From the NCBI RefSeq assembly GCF_900187275.1, contig NZ_LT906458.1:2010001-2042000 (forward strand): 32,000 nt of DNA. The letters are read 5' to 3'. Both the position numbers and the translations under genes were made by a program. Below, piece after piece: positions 19,033-29,487 of the stretch. Under the pieces are notes generated by a model. The model searched no databases, was not told where the DNA came from, and saw only the letters and a program-made list of their open reading frames with translations. Position 1 is the first letter of the stretch. Each line of letters begins with the position of its first letter. Origin of the DNA: Pasteurella multocida (GTDB lineage Bacteria > Pseudomonadota > Gammaproteobacteria > Enterobacterales > Pasteurellaceae).

Positions 19033-19837
19033 GCAACAAACTTTACGCGATGTGGATTTTGCCGAACTCTACCGCAATCATTATCAGATGGCATCAAGAG
19101 AACCCAAAACTGCCCAAGATTGGGATCGTAAAGCGGAAAAAATGCAACATTCAGCGTTTGATTTGAATAATCATTATGTGCAGGCATTTGTTAGTCGGAT
19201 GGATCTGAACAACGTAGAAAGCTTACTGGATGTAGGTTGTGGTGGTGGCGCAATTTGTCTTGCGATTGCACCGCAGGTTAAGCAAGTATATGGTTTAGAT
19301 TACAGCGAAGGGATGTTATCCGTGTTACAACAACGTGCGACCAAATTAGGTTTTGAGCACGTTCAAGCCATCCAAAAATCGTGGGATGACAGCTGGGAAG
19401 AGGTTCCTGTATGCGACATTTGCGTGTCTTCTCGTTCTTCTATGGTGGCGGATTTAGATGATGCAATTGATAAGCTCAATGCCAAAGCTAAGAAAGCAGT
19501 GTATATGACCATGATTGTAGAGAAAGATTTTATTGCACGCGACATTCTACAGTATATTGGTCGAGATTCTGTGGGGTTCCCTAATTATATGTACGCACTC
19601 AATTTACTACATCAAAAAGGCTACCACGCCAGTGTCGATTTTATTACTTCAAGTTGTGGTTTAGTCGAACCGGAGAAAATGACGGAAGAAAGTTTTATTC
19701 AATCGGTTCAGTGGTCAATTGGTCAGTTAACGGAGCAAGAAATACAAAAACTGAAAGCCTACTACGCGACACACCCCAACCTTACTTCAGCGCGTGGTGA
19801 GTTCAAAACATGGGCATTCGTGAGTTGGAAAAAATAG
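19025..19837 (+). CDS. Class I SAM-dependent methyltransferase coupled to the ABC importer
   Basis: 270 aa; LLDVGCGGGAICLAIAPQVKQVYGLDYSEGML; start codon overlaps the 3' end of the ATPase gene by 8 bp. Confidence 0.87.
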   Translation: MNKQQTLRDVDFAELYRNHYQMASREPKTAQDWDRKAEKMQHSAFDLNNHYVQAFVSRMDLNNVESLLDVGCGGGAICLAIAPQVKQVYGLDYSEGMLSVLQQRATKLGFEHVQAIQKSWDDSWEEVPVCDICVSSRSSMVADLDDAIDKLNAKAKKAVYMTMIVEKDFIARDILQYIGRDSVGFPNYMYALNLLHQKGYHASVDFITSSCGLVEPEKMTEESFIQSVQWSIGQLTEQEIQKLKAYYATHPNLTSARGEFKTWAFVSWKK

Positions 19838-19863
19838 TCTAAGCTACCGCACTTGAAACATAA

Positions 19864-19890
19864 AAAAAGCAGATCATTGATCTGCTTTTT
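19864..19890. terminator. Terminator between convergent methyltransferase and tpiA
   Basis: AAAAAGCAGATCA/TGATCTGCTTTTT hairpin. Confidence 0.8.
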
Positions 19891-19905
19891 ACATTGACGA
19901 ATCAA

Positions 19906-20691
19906 TTAGTTTTTTGCTTTTGCTGCGGCTTTGACGATCACGGCAAAGGCAGGGGCTTTTAATGAGGCACCACCAACTAATGCACCGTCGATATCGGGTT
20001 GAGTAAATAATTCAGCCGCATTCGCATCATTAACTGAACCACCGTATTGGATAATCACTTGTTCTGCCACCGCGTTGTCTTTTTTCGCGATATGACCGCG
20101 GATAAAGGCATGAACTGCTTGTGCTTGAGCAGGGGTTGCTGATTTACCGGTACCGATTGCCCAAATTGGCTCATAAGCGATAACGGCACCATTAAAGGCT
20201 TCAGCGCCTAATGTATTTAATACGGCATCAATTTGGCGTGCGCATACTTCTTCTGTTTTGCCCGCTTCATTTTCGGCTTCACTTTCACCGATACACAATA
20301 CCGGCACTAAGCCTGCTTGTTTTAATGCTGCGAATTTTTTCGCGATGAATTCATCGCTTTCTTTATGATAAGTACGACGCTCAGAGTGACCGATAATGAT
20401 ATATTTTGCACCAAAATCTTTCAGCATTTCTGTTGAAATATCGCCAGTAAAGGCGCCTTGTACATTCACATCGACGTTTTGTGCACCAAGGGCAATGGCT
20501 TTTCCGCCACAACTACAACTGCATTTTAAGGCAGCTTCTGCTTCTGCTAAATACATCACCGGTGGGGCAATTGCCACATCGCAGCCTTCAACACCCGCTA
20601 ATTCTGTTTTTAAGTCTTCGATTAATGCTTTGGTGAATGCTTTGCTACCGTTTAATTTCCAGTTACCCATAACTAAAGGACGACGAGCCAT
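19906..20691 (-). CDS. tpiA: Triosephosphate isomerase
   Basis: [54 protein letters not shown]. The extended N-terminus in the ORF track is very likely not translated. Confidence 0.97.
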
Positions 20692-20859
20692 AATTTTCTC
20701 CGTATTAAAGTAATAAAAAATAACCGCATTACTATAGCAAATTTTTTCCTCCATTCTGTTGATTTTAGGCAAATTTAAAAAAATTTTTTGTGAAAAGGTG
20801 ATTATTTTGTTTTAAAAAGCTACAATCCACTGTATGGATTAGACAAAAAATGCACGCTT

Positions 20860-21303
20860 GTGATGAAAATGAAAATATTTAAAGCTGAACAATGGAATTT
20901 AGAGAGTCTTTTACCGCTCTTTGAGCAATATCGTCTTTCGCATGGCATGTCGGAAAATCCTGACCGCACTTTGGCTTTTTTGACGAATCGTATTCGTTTT
21001 AGTGAAAGTATTTTTTTTATTGCTGTCGATGACACACACCAAGCGTTAGGTTTTATTCAGCTTTATCCACGTCTTTCCTCTTTGCAATTACAACGTTATT
21101 GGCAACTGACTGATATTTTTGTGCAAGCCTGTCCTTATAAAACTGAGATCTATGCTGCGTTAATCGCAAAAGCAAAAGAATTTGTGCGTTATACGCAATC
21201 GACGCGTTTAGTGATAGAACAAGCTCCACAGCAACAGGCAATGCTTGAAGCAGAGGGGTTTAAAATGAATACAAAGAAAAGTATTTTTGAGTTGAGTTTA
21301 TAA
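20860..21303 (+). CDS. GNAT-family N-acetyltransferase-like protein
   Basis: 147 aa; FFIAVDDTHQALGFIQLYPRLSSLQLQRYWQLTDIFV...LEAEGFKMN typical GNAT layout. Confidence 0.75.
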   Translation: MMKMKIFKAEQWNLESLLPLFEQYRLSHGMSENPDRTLAFLTNRIRFSESIFFIAVDDTHQALGFIQLYPRLSSLQLQRYWQLTDIFVQACPYKTEIYAALIAKAKEFVRYTQSTRLVIEQAPQQQAMLEAEGFKMNTKKSIFELSL

Positions 21304-21432
21304 GCCTGTTTTTAACAGGAGAAAATATGCAACAGCATGTTAATCAGCGTTGACGCTCAATTTCAGTACGTTTTACATGGTTACAAGCCTATTACAGTGT
21401 CGCTCTACTAGAGATCGGATTTCTAAACAGAA

Positions 21433-21732
21433 TCACTTCAATAAGGCATTCACTTCGGCAGGGATCACTTTCGGATTAGGAATCAGAATCTGTTTATGTC
21501 TATTTAGCTCACCTTTTTCCAAGACAATGCTACTTTTCGGCACTTTAAAGGTTTTGCTTAAAAATTTGAGTAAGTGGGCGTTAGCTTGTCCATCAATCGG
21601 CGGGGCGGTGATGGTGATTTTGAGTTCATTGTCGTGTAAACCGACGATCTGATCTTTACTGGCTTTCGGTTGCAGAAAAATCCGCAACCGTAAGTGTTCT
21701 TCTTGTTTTTCTACTGCGGGTAGCTGTGTCAC
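21433..21732 (-). CDS. yggU: DUF167/YggU family protein
   Basis: 99 aa; [47 protein letters not shown]. Confidence 0.9.
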   Translation of the reverse strand: MTQLPAVEKQEEHLRLRIFLQPKASKDQIVGLHDNELKITITAPPIDGQANAHLLKFLSKTFKVPKSSIVLEKGELNRHKQILIPNPKVIPAEVNALLK

Positions 21733-21764
21733 AACGCAAATTTCCTAACAATCGACCGCACTTT

Positions 21765-22331
21765 CTAGTAACTGGCTAATGCCCAGTACACATCGAAGAG
21801 ATCGCCTAATAAACTATTTAATAGGAAAAGAATAACGGCTAATACCATTGGGGAAAAATCAATCATACCGGTATTCGGCAGAATACGTTGAATCGGGCGA
21901 AGGAGTGGTTCACTGAGTTGAGCTAAGATGAATTGGAGTGGGGTGGCACCACGGTTAAACCAACTCATCACTGCACCAATTAATAAAACGTAAAAAATCG
22001 CTTTTCCAACGGTACGGACTAAAGTGAGCATACCGATAATGGCGTAGTCTAGGATATCCGCATTGCCGATGAATAAGTTACCTACCACATGTGCAAGTGG
22101 GAATTTTAGACTAAAGAGTAAAAAAGCCAGTAGTAACGCAGCGAGGTTGATATTTTTCACAGTTGGAATAAACGTCGTTAATGGATTTAATACCGGTTGG
22201 GTGATTTTAACCAAGCTTTGTGAAATTGGATTGTAAAAATCCACGCGACTGAATTGGAACCACGCGCGTAATACTAAAATCAGACCATAAAGATCAATAA
22301 TGATAAAAACGAGTAATTGTAATGTATTCAT
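21765..22331 (-). CDS. yggT: YggT family integral membrane protein
   Basis: LRAWFQFSRVDFYNPISQSLVKITQPVLNP and second YggT repeat VMSWF...LSEPLLRPIQRILPNTGMIDFSPMV; start set to MNTLQL at 22331. Confidence 0.9.
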   Translation of the reverse strand: MNTLQLLVFIIIDLYGLILVLRAWFQFSRVDFYNPISQSLVKITQPVLNPLTTFIPTVKNINLAALLLAFLLFSLKFPLAHVVGNLFIGNADILDYAIIGMLTLVRTVGKAIFYVLLIGAVMSWFNRGATPLQFILAQLSEPLLRPIQRILPNTGMIDFSPMVLAVILFLLNSLLGDLFDVYWALASY

Positions 22332-22348
22332 ATTAACGTCCTGTAGAT

Positions 22349-23299
22349 TTATAACCAGCCTTTGCGTTTGAAATACCAATAAGGTGCAAATGCCGCCAGT
22401 GCCATTAAGCCTAACGCCATAGGATAACCAAATTTAAAGCCTAATTCTGGCATAATATCAAAGTTCATACCATAGTTAGAGGCAACCAGTGTTGGCGGGA
22501 GGAAAATCACCGACACAACCGAGAAGATCTTGATAATACGGTTTTGTTCGATACTGATGAAACCCATTGCCGCTTGCATCAAAAAGTTGACACGTTGGAA
22601 CAGTGACTCGTTGTGAGGTTGGAGAGATTCAATATCGCGTAAGATTTCACGCGCTTGTTCTAACTGGTTTGCTGGTAAGCGTGTTTTACGCACTAAGAAA
22701 CTTAACGCACGTTGCGTATCCATTAAGCATAAACGTACTTTGGAACTGGTGTCTTCTTGTTCCGTTAAGGTGGAGAGTGCTTGGTCAAAGGCTTCCCCTT
22801 GTGTGCCATCTAAAATGACACGACTTAATTTTTCTAAATCTGAGTACACGGTTTCAATCACGTCGGCTAATTGCTCGATTTTGGTTTCAAATAAATCAAG
22901 TAAAACTTCATAAGCGTTACACTCAATCAAGCGTTGACTACGTGAGCGCATACGATATAAACGGAAAGCAGGTAATTCACGATCACGGAGTGTGAAAAGA
23001 CGACCGTCACGCACAGTAAATGCCACGCTGGCTAAGTCGGCATAATCTTCTTCGTCTTCGCAATAAAAGAAAGAGTGAAGGTGTAAACCATCTTCATCTT
23101 CGAAGAAACGTGCCGATGCCTCGATATCTTCTAATTCAAGGAACGTAGCAAGGCTCTGACCTAAGCCTTCTTGTAAAATTTCGCGTTCTTCACTACTTGG
23201 TTCGATGAGATCGAGCCAAATGGCGGAATTTAATTCTGCATTGGTATTTTCATCAATGCGGACAAGGCGTGCATCTTCGAGAGCGAAAGCATTAATCAT
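22349..23299 (-). CDS. corA: CorA magnesium/cobalt transporter
   Basis: C-terminal [41 protein letters not shown]; start set to MINAFALED at 23299 with AAGGAG upstream. Confidence 0.96.
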   Translation of the reverse strand: MINAFALEDARLVRIDENTNAELNSAIWLDLIEPSSEEREILQEGLGQSLATFLELEDIEASARFFEDEDGLHLHSFFYCEDEEDYADLASVAFTVRDGRLFTLRDRELPAFRLYRMRSRSQRLIECNAYEVLLDLFETKIEQLADVIETVYSDLEKLSRVILDGTQGEAFDQALSTLTEQEDTSSKVRLCLMDTQRALSFLVRKTRLPANQLEQAREILRDIESLQPHNESLFQRVNFLMQAAMGFISIEQNRIIKIFSVVSVIFLPPTLVASNYGMNFDIMPELGFKFGYPMALGLMALAAFAPYWYFKRKGWL

Positions 23300-23448
23300 T
23301 TTGTCATACTCCTTAATTGGATTATGAACAACGCTATGAACAAAAGCGATCAAACGAAATCTTGTTAAAAAGAATTCAACGATAAAAGTGCGGTTAAATT
23401 TTCATTCGTTTGACTAGTGGTGATTGATATTTCAATAACCGAAAAAAG

Positions 23449-23667
23449 ATGCCGAATAAAGCAGTGGAAGAAAAGATCTCTCAGCGAACCCTCGCCGATG
23501 TTAAGGAAATGGCGAAAGTTACAGTAAAAACTCAATTCGGTATCGACTGTGACTGTCCAAAGTGTGTGTCCTCATATTACTAAATCGGGGCGAATGTTAC
23601 GCTTGAAAACTGGCTTCGTCAAGGTTTTATGCGCACTAATGTGGAATTCTTATGCATGGCAAAATGA
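23449..23667 (+). pseudogene. Possible small Cys-motif gene interrupted by an in-frame TAA
   Basis: Reads MPNKAVEEKISQRTLADVKEMAKVTVKTQFGIDCDCPKCVSSYY*IGANVTLENWLRQGFMRTNVEFLCMAK* in one frame, stop at 23581..23583. No homology recognised from memory. Confidence 0.3.
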
Positions 23668-23670
23668 AAA

Positions 23671-23692
23671 AGGCGAACTAAACTGTTCGCCT
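23671..23692 (-). terminator. Terminator downstream of yggL
   Basis: AGGCGAAC/GTTCGCCT stem followed on the minus strand by TTTTTCATTTT. Confidence 0.75.
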
Positions 23693-23704
23693 CGCATAAA
23701 AGGA

Positions 23705-24049
23705 TTATGCATCTTTTGCTGGATATTCCCACCAGATATCAAATAATGGGCTGATTTCGATTTGTTGTAAGCCGTTTTGCTCTAACCATTCTTTGACTAA
23801 GGTGCGATGGCTTTCATCACATTTGCCTAGGGCTTCTAAGCAGACTAAACCTTCCCAATGTAAGTAACCACTGCCTTCATAAGCAAGACCGTTTGGCTGG
23901 ATTACCTCACAAATAAAGCGATCAACCACTTCATCAACTTTCTCGATGGCCGTACCTTCTGCAAATTGCCAATTCACTAAGAAACCTAGTTCTTGGAATT
24001 CAGCAAGGTGCATTTTTTTACGTTGTCTTCTGTTACGTTTAATCGCCAT
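23705..24049 (-). CDS. yggL: YggL family (50S ribosome-associated, DUF469) protein
   Basis: 114 aa; MAIKRNRRQRKKMHLAEFQELGFLVNWQF...DRFICEVIQPNGLAYEGSGYLHWEGLVC. Confidence 0.93.
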   Translation of the reverse strand: MAIKRNRRQRKKMHLAEFQELGFLVNWQFAEGTAIEKVDEVVDRFICEVIQPNGLAYEGSGYLHWEGLVCLEALGKCDESHRTLVKEWLEQNGLQQIEISPLFDIWWEYPAKDA

Positions 24050-24131
24050 GTTCGATTCTCCTCTCTGTTGGCTGATAAAATTTGTTTTACATTATGCCAG
24101 ACTTTTGTTCAAAAAGTGCGGGCTTGTTTTT

Positions 24132-24899
24132 TTATTTTTTGATGTAGTAGAGATCCCACACGCCATGTCCTAAACGATGTCCACGTTGCTCAAATTTAGT
24201 TAATGGACGGAAATCCGGGCGTGGAATGTAATCATGGGTCGCTGATGTATTTTGTAAACCTTCGGCTTGTTGCAACACGGCTAACATATGCTCTGCATAG
24301 TTTTCCCAGTCGGTGGCCATGTGAATAAAACCACCTGTTGTCAACTTTTGTGTAATGGTATTCACAAATTGCGGTTGGACGATGCGGCGTTTGTGGTGCT
24401 TTGCTTTATGCCATGGATCCGGGAAGAATAATTGCAAACCACCTAAGCTGTGGTCCGCAATGCAATCACGTAAAATTTCGGTGGCATCATGGCAAATGAT
24501 ACGTAAATTTTTTACCCCTTTTTCCACCGCATAGGCGATACAAGCCCCGACACCAGGCGTGTGAACTTCGATCCCTAAATAATTGCGCTCAGGGTTTTGC
24601 AGTGCCATGTCAACTAAAGAGTGTCCCATACCAAAGCCAATTTCGAGTACCACAGGATTATTGTTTCCATAAATAGCAGGAAAATCAAAGGGCTGGTTTT
24701 GATGTTCTAAACCGTAGAATCCCCAATGTTGATTCATGGCATTTTTTTGAAATTCACTCAAACGCCCCGTACGTAATACGAAACTGCGAACTTTGCGTTT
24801 ATAGCGCCCCTCTGCGGTAAATTCGGCAACTTCCACAGTTTTACGTTTTTGATCAGCAAAGGTTGGTAAATTCTCTGATTCTTGATTATTAAATGACAT
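24132..24899 (-). CDS. trmB: tRNA (guanine-N7)-methyltransferase
   Basis: 255 aa; [51 protein letters not shown]. Confidence 0.97.
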   Translation of the reverse strand: MSFNNQESENLPTFADQKRKTVEVAEFTAEGRYKRKVRSFVLRTGRLSEFQKNAMNQHWGFYGLEHQNQPFDFPAIYGNNNPVVLEIGFGMGHSLVDMALQNPERNYLGIEVHTPGVGACIAYAVEKGVKNLRIICHDATEILRDCIADHSLGGLQLFFPDPWHKAKHHKRRIVQPQFVNTITQKLTTGGFIHMATDWENYAEHMLAVLQQAEGLQNTSATHDYIPRPDFRPLTKFEQRGHRLGHGVWDLYYIKK

Positions 24900-25022
24900 A
24901 TTTTTGTTTATAATGAGGCTAATTTGCCGCGAATTATACGGTTTTTGTTGGAAAACACCAAGCTTGTCGAGCAGGCTTGTGTATTTATTGACATTTTATA
25001 CTTGGTTGGAAAGGAATGTGAT

Positions 25023-25514
25023 ATGTCTCAAAAATACCCGAAGCCAATGATTATCCTTCATTGGCTCACATTATTGTTAGTGTTAATAGCTTATTTTACA
25101 GGGGATTATCCGCCTGCGGATGGCTTGATGGGGGAGATACATGTAGCAAGTGGTCTAAGTCTTGCCATGTTGTTGCTGTTACGTGTGGGGTTACGTTGGC
25201 ATTATCGCAATCAATTGCCTGCACATAAGCTAACGCGTTGGCAACATATTGCCGCACATTCTGTGCAAATGTTGCTTTATTTATGTCTGTTGCTGACGCC
25301 TATTGCTGGGTATTTTACATTGACTGCTGATGCGGATGACTTTATGTTATTTGGGATGAACTTGCCTTATTTTAGTCTTGAAATTTCTTTAGGTAAGGCA
25401 CATGTGATTTTGGCGAATAGCTTTATTGCGTTGTCAGGCGTGCATGCCTTAGCAGCACTATTTCATCATGTTGTCTTAAAAGATAATGTGTTAAAGAGTA
25501 TGTCGCCACATTAA
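25023..25514 (+). CDS. Cytochrome b561 family protein
   Basis: MSQKYPKPMIILHWLTLLLVLIAYFTG; four TM helices with histidines (HVASGLSLAML, HVILANSFIALSGVHALAALFHHVVLKD). Track start 24924 moved to the ATG at 25023. Confidence 0.88.
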   Translation: MSQKYPKPMIILHWLTLLLVLIAYFTGDYPPADGLMGEIHVASGLSLAMLLLLRVGLRWHYRNQLPAHKLTRWQHIAAHSVQMLLYLCLLLTPIAGYFTLTADADDFMLFGMNLPYFSLEISLGKAHVILANSFIALSGVHALAALFHHVVLKDNVLKSMSPH

Positions 25515-25592
25515 CCTGTGCGAGAGAATTTTCAAAGTGCGGTCGGTTTTTTTCAATGCTTTGATCGTACCTGTTTTCGGATTTTTTTATTG

Positions 25593-26729
25593 ATGATACT
25601 TGCTCAATCTTCTCCTCATGCCCCTTTTGCTCATGCCGTGTTAACTTGGTATGACAAATTTGGGCGTAAACATTTGCCTTGGCAACAGAATAAAACGTTA
25701 TACGGGGTTTGGTTGTCCGAAGTGATGTTACAACAAACTCAAGTGGCGACGGTGATTCCTTACTTTCAACGGTTTGTCGACAAATTTCCTAATATCTGTG
25801 CCTTGGCGAATGCACCATTAGATGAAGTGTTACATTTATGGACGGGGCTAGGTTACTATGCTCGTGCACGAAATTTACATAAAGCGGCACAAACCATTCG
25901 TGATCAATATGCGGGTAAGTTTCCGACCGATTTTGAACAGGTGTGGGCGCTGACGGGCGTGGGGAAAAGCACTGCCGGTGCTGTGCTTTCTTCTTGTTTA
26001 GACGCACCTTACCCGATTCTAGATGGTAATGTGAAACGCGTGCTTTCTCGTTATTTTGCGGTGTCTGGTTGGGCGGGCGAGAAAAAAGTCGAAGAACAGT
26101 TATGGCAATATAGTGCACAGGTTACGCCGACTGAACAGGTCGCCAATTTTAATCAGGCAATGATGGATCTCGGGGCAATGGTATGCACTCGAACAAAGCC
26201 TAAATGTGATCTCTGTCCTTTACGTCATCATTGCCAAGCATATTTACAACAAAACTGGCAGGCTTATCCGGGCAAAAAACCAAAAAAAGTCCTGCCAGAA
26301 AGAGAAAGTTATTTTTTGATTCTAAATGCCTATGGCAAAGTTGCGTTGGAGCAACGTGAAAATAACGGGCTTTGGGGCGGGCTCTATTGTTTTCCTCAGT
26401 TTGAAAGTAAAGCAGCGCTGTTGGCATTTTTAGCGGCACAAGGGATTGGTTATTATCAAGAATGGACCGCATTTCGTCATACGTTTAGTCATTTCCATTT
26501 AGATATTTACCCTATTTATGTTGAGTTGCAACGGTCGCAACTCGATCAAAATCGCACCGATTGGAAAAAAGTCTCAGAAAAGACCGAACAGAGTGAATCA
26601 ACTGTATTCAGTGCGGTCAAATATTGGTATGATCCACAAAATCCAGAACAAATTGGACTGGCAACACCAGTAAAGAATTTATTAACACAATTTATAAGGA
26701 ATTATTATGGCGAGAACCGTATTCTGTGA
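25593..26729 (+). CDS. mutY: A/G-specific adenine glycosylase
   Basis: [72 protein letters not shown] FeS cluster. Start chosen by homology within the 25518 ORF. Confidence 0.95.
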   Translation: MILAQSSPHAPFAHAVLTWYDKFGRKHLPWQQNKTLYGVWLSEVMLQQTQVATVIPYFQRFVDKFPNICALANAPLDEVLHLWTGLGYYARARNLHKAAQTIRDQYAGKFPTDFEQVWALTGVGKSTAGAVLSSCLDAPYPILDGNVKRVLSRYFAVSGWAGEKKVEEQLWQYSAQVTPTEQVANFNQAMMDLGAMVCTRTKPKCDLCPLRHHCQAYLQQNWQAYPGKKPKKVLPERESYFLILNAYGKVALEQRENNGLWGGLYCFPQFESKAALLAFLAAQGIGYYQEWTAFRHTFSHFHLDIYPIYVELQRSQLDQNRTDWKKVSEKTEQSESTVFSAVKYWYDPQNPEQIGLATPVKNLLTQFIRNYYGENRIL

Positions 26730-26979
26730 ATACCTTAAACAAGAATCTGAAGGCTTGGACTTTCAGCTGTATCCAGGCGAGTTGGGTAAGCGTATTTTTG
26801 ACTCAATCAGCAAACAAGCATGGAGTGAATGGATGAAAAAACAAACTATGCTGGTGAATGAGAAGAAGTTAAACATGATGAATGCGGATCATAGACAACT
26901 ACTTGAGCAAGAAATGGTTAATTTCTTGTTTGAAGGTAAAGATGTTCACATTGAAGGTTATGTTCCCCCAACGGAATAA
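26707..26979 (+). CDS. yggX: Probable Fe(2+)-trafficking protein
   Basis: 90 aa; [57 protein letters not shown]. Confidence 0.95.
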   Translation: MARTVFCEYLKQESEGLDFQLYPGELGKRIFDSISKQAWSEWMKKQTMLVNEKKLNMMNADHRQLLEQEMVNFLFEGKDVHIEGYVPPTE

Positions 26980-28062
26980 ATGAAGATGAAGAAGTACATA
27001 ATTTACGCATTAATCCCTTTTTTATTTGCTTGTGGTGGGACGAAAACACACCGCAGTTCGCAATTTGATGAAGCATTCGCCAAAGATACTCGTGGATTAG
27101 ATATTTTAACAGGGCAGTTTTCGCATAATATCGATCGTATTTGGGGGGTGAATGAATTACTCGTTGCGAGCCGTAAAGACTATGTAAAATATACCGATCG
27201 TTTCTATACGCGTAGCCATGTCAGTTTTGATGAAGGGTTGATTACGGTTGAAACACAAAGCGATTTACGTCACTTACAAAATGCGATTGTGCATATTTTA
27301 TTAATGGGGTCTGATGCAAATGGTATCGATCTGTTTGCTTCGGGTGATGTGCCGATTAGCTCGCGTCCTTTTTTAGTGGGGCAAGTGATCGATCATTTAG
27401 GGGGATCTATTACTAACACCACAACAGCAGGTAACTTTGCGAATTATTTATTACAGAATAAATTGCAAACGCGTCGTTTAAGTAATGGACATACTGTACA
27501 GTATGTGGTGATCCCGATGATTGCCAACCACGTTGCTGTGCGTGCACAAAAATATTTACCGTTGGTGCGTAAAATGGCACGTCGTTACAATATGGATGAA
27601 AGTTTGATTTTAGGCATCATGCAAACAGAATCCAGTTTTAACCCTTACGCGATTAGTTATGCTAATGCGATTGGTTTAATGCAAGTTGTGCCAACAACCG
27701 CTGGACGTGATATTTTCAAAATGAAAGGAAAAGGGGGACAGCCGTCCAAATCCTATTTATTTGATCCTGAAAAGAATATCGATGCGGGGACCTCGTACTT
27801 ATGGCTATTACAAAATAAATATTTAGACGGGATTACTAATCCAACCTCTAAACGTTTTGCCATGATTTCTGCTTACAATAGTGGTGCAGGCGCGGTTTTA
27901 CGTGTTTTTGACCAAGATCGTGATGCGGCGATTGCGAAGATCAATAGCCTTTATCCTGAACAGGTTTATCGGATTTTGACGACTCAACATCCATCTGCGC
28001 AAGCAAGAAATTACTTACTTAAAGTGGATCAAGCACAGAAAAGTTATCGCGTAAGACGATAA
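26980..28062 (+). CDS. mltC: Membrane-bound lytic murein transglycosylase C
   Basis: 360 aa; lipobox [10 protein letters not shown]; SLT domain [48 protein letters not shown]. Confidence 0.95.
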   Translation: MKMKKYIIYALIPFLFACGGTKTHRSSQFDEAFAKDTRGLDILTGQFSHNIDRIWGVNELLVASRKDYVKYTDRFYTRSHVSFDEGLITVETQSDLRHLQNAIVHILLMGSDANGIDLFASGDVPISSRPFLVGQVIDHLGGSITNTTTAGNFANYLLQNKLQTRRLSNGHTVQYVVIPMIANHVAVRAQKYLPLVRKMARRYNMDESLILGIMQTESSFNPYAISYANAIGLMQVVPTTAGRDIFKMKGKGGQPSKSYLFDPEKNIDAGTSYLWLLQNKYLDGITNPTSKRFAMISAYNSGAGAVLRVFDQDRDAAIAKINSLYPEQVYRILTTQHPSAQARNYLLKVDQAQKSYRVRR

Positions 28063-28233
28063 TTAATAAGTAAGGTGAAAAAATGCTCGCTTTATTCCAA
28101 AGAATAGCGAGCATTTTGTTATTTATTTTTAATGAAAAAACATAAAAAATGTATGAAATTGTGTTATTTCTATGCTTTTCGTTTGTTAAATATCCAACTG
28201 AATAAAAAAAATGAGTTTTTTTGAATTTAGGTG

Positions 28234-28262
28234 TTGACTTAACCCAGAAAAAAACGTTTAAT
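28234..28262 (+). promoter_or_regulatory. Sigma-70 promoter of the tRNA-Phe/tRNA-Asn unit
   Basis: TTGACT - 17 bp - TTTAAT followed by a GC-rich ACGCACC discriminator, 18 bp before the tRNA-Phe 5' end. Confidence 0.75.
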
Positions 28263-28280
28263 ACGCACCACTGATGAGTT

Positions 28281-28356
28281 GCCTCGATAGCTCAGTCGGT
28301 AGAGCAGGGGATTGAAAATCCCCGTGTCGGTGGTTCGATTCCGCCTCGAGGCACCA
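28281..28356 (+). tRNA. tRNA-Phe (GAA)
   Basis: GCCTCGA...TCGAGGC acceptor stem, GGGGATTGAAAATCCCC anticodon arm, GGTTCGATTCC T-arm, encoded CCA. Confidence 0.97.
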
Positions 28357-28360
28357 CGAT

Positions 28361-28436
28361 TCCTCCTTAGTTCAGTCGGTAGAACGGCGGACTGTTAATC
28401 CGTATGTCGCTGGTTCAAGTCCAGCAGGAGGAGCCA
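28361..28436 (+). tRNA. tRNA-Asn (GTT)
   Basis: TCCTCCT...AGGAGGA acceptor stem, CGGACTGTTAATCCG anticodon arm, GGTTCAAGTCC T-arm, encoded CCA. Confidence 0.97.
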
Positions 28437-28444
28437 AATTCTTA

Positions 28445-28473
28445 AAACCCGCTAATTTATTAGCGGGTTTTTT
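28445..28473 (+). terminator. Terminator of the tRNA unit
   Basis: AAACCCGCTAA-TTTA-TTAGCGGGTTT + TTT. Confidence 0.9.
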
Positions 28474-28626
28474 CATTCCTGCATTTAACCTATTTCGTTG
28501 TTGATTTTCCGCGATATTGCCATGTTGTTACCAAAAAACGTTGTTGCTTTTGGTGGAGAGAATGTATGCTCGGTTTCGCTTTTGCTAGATTGGTTATTCA
28601 GGAGTAGAGCAAGTTCTTTTTGCTTG

Positions 28627-29457
28627 TTAAGTAACAAAGCTTATTGTGACGACACGCGGGTCTAAATTGTGTTTTCCCCAGCGAGTAGCGTAAAGTAATC
28701 TTGTCCAGCAAGGATAGCGATCCCGACAGACATCGCTTATGTAATGGACTGAGCGTAATCTAATTGCCGCATGCCATGTTTCAAGCTCTTTGATCTCTTG
28801 TATCGTCCATGAAAATTCAGGGCGTTCTTGACTGTCTATTTTTTTGAGTGCATCGTGGTATTTACTACGACCGACTGCCATTGGGGGCACAATATCGAAA
28901 ATCATTGTGCTGTTAGGTAAGTTTTCAGCCACCGAGGCAATAAACTGTTTGACTTGTTCTTTAGGAAAAAACATCAATACGCCTTCAAGAATTAATAAAA
29001 CGGGTTTGTTATGTTGACTAACCGTTTTCATCCAATCTGTATTGAAAAGTGAGTCAGCCAAATAATGATTACTCGTTTCTGGTAAAAGTTGGCGACGTAT
29101 ATTGATGACTTCAGGTAAGTCTAAATCATACCACGCACTGACTTGTGGTTTGCCTAAGCGTTCAAAGCGTGCATCTAAGCCTGCACCAAGCTGCACAACA
29201 ACCGCGTCTTGGTGCTGTGAAAGAAATTTTAAGCTTTCTTGATCAAATAATTTTGCGCGTCCACAACATCCTACTTGTGATAAATGAGCAGATTCAAACT
29301 TTTGAAAGTCATAGTCAATCTGTTTTTTCATTCTTACTGCTTCGCGATCTTTCAGTAATGGATTGGCTTTATCATATTCAACTGCTTTTGCCCAAAGAGT
29401 GATTAATAAAGTAGAAGAAAGCGCAGATATCTTATTGGGTGAAATTTTGTCAGACAT
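28627..29457 (-). CDS. Class I SAM-dependent methyltransferase, leucine carboxyl methyltransferase (LCMT/PCMT/TcmP) family
   Basis: 276 aa; VVVQLGAGLDARFERLG, WYDLDLPEVINIRRQLL, PVLLILEGVLMFFPKEQVKQFI. Confidence 0.85.
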   Translation of the reverse strand: MSDKISPNKISALSSTLLITLWAKAVEYDKANPLLKDREAVRMKKQIDYDFQKFESAHLSQVGCCGRAKLFDQESLKFLSQHQDAVVVQLGAGLDARFERLGKPQVSAWYDLDLPEVINIRRQLLPETSNHYLADSLFNTDWMKTVSQHNKPVLLILEGVLMFFPKEQVKQFIASVAENLPNSTMIFDIVPPMAVGRSKYHDALKKIDSQERPEFSWTIQEIKELETWHAAIRLRSVHYISDVCRDRYPCWTRLLYATRWGKHNLDPRVVTISFVT

Positions 29458-29468
29458 AACACCTCCTA

Positions 29469-29487
29469 TTTAATGATAATAATTCTC
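29469..29487 (-). promoter_or_regulatory. Candidate Fur box upstream of the LCMT-family methyltransferase
   Basis: TTTAATGATAATAATTCTC matches 15 of 19 positions of GATAATGATAATCATTATC by hand alignment; 12 bp upstream of the start codon of the minus-strand gene. Confidence 0.6.

Noticed and set aside
20396-20713. 105-aa plus-strand ORF opposite tpiA
   Set aside because: Antisense of a highly conserved housekeeping gene.
21304-21432. Gap between the GNAT gene and yggU, with an ATG (MQQHVNQR) after an AGGAG-like site and open sequence after a stop
   Set aside because: Only 8 codons before a stop and the following frame is not recognisable; too weak to call a gene or pseudogene.
28361-28436. 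Search for a duplicated tRNA-Asn 3' end (att site) indicating an integrated element
   Set aside because: No second copy of the tRNA 3' segment and no integrase found in the window.
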